7,006 nucleotides of DNA, taken from NCBI RefSeq assembly GCF_006345805.1, contig NW_021829023.1, positions 1 through 7,006 on the forward strand. The letters run 5' to 3'. Positions 6,795-7,006 of this stretch are shown piece after piece; position 1 is the first letter of the stretch; each line of letters begins with the position of its first letter. The translations under genes were made by a program, and so were the position numbers. This stretch comes from Octopus sinensis (lineage: Eukaryota). The notes beneath the pieces were generated by a model. The model was not told where the DNA came from, searched no databases, and saw only the letters and a list, made by a program, of their open reading frames with translations.

Positions 6795-6880
6795 ATATAT
6801 ATATATATGCATATAATATATATATATACATATATATATGTATATATATATATGTGTGTGTCTGTGTGTGGTGTGTGTAT
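6795..6880. repeat. (TA)n/(TG)n compound microsatellite
   Basis: Seen directly. Confidence 0.95.
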
Positions 6881-7006
6881 TTCACTTAGGCTTTACAAGA
6901 TTAATGATCTGGTGTAGAACTCAGTGTACATAAACTCCAGAACGAAAGGGCACCCCCTTCGGGTCTCTTCTATTGCACCTAGAAAGTTATCCTCCCAGGC
7001 ACAAGT

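Noticed and set aside
6885-7006. More GC-rich terminal stretch with a small hairpin (~6944-6960), possibly the start of another retroelement
   Set aside because: Cut by the window edge, with no diagnostic motif I can support.

Overview
AT-rich, microsatellite-dense eukaryotic non-coding DNA (intron or intergenic). The repeat content resembles what I recall of octopus/coleoid cephalopod genomes; this is inference, not a search result. No intact protein-coding gene is supported: the long ORFs are artefacts of (TACA)n, (TA)n and (ATT)n tracts. The window is a mosaic of decayed mobile elements: a CR1-type LINE 3' end, a disrupted R4/Dong-clade non-LTR retrotransposon with an inverted endonuclease piece, two tRNA-derived SINE families (one forming a 184-bp head-to-tail trimer), and Helitron-like non-autonomous repeats. 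The most notable signals are two unrelated minimal type I hammerhead ribozyme motifs (463-521, +; 3806-3850, -) of the kind associated with Penelope-like elements and retrozymes.
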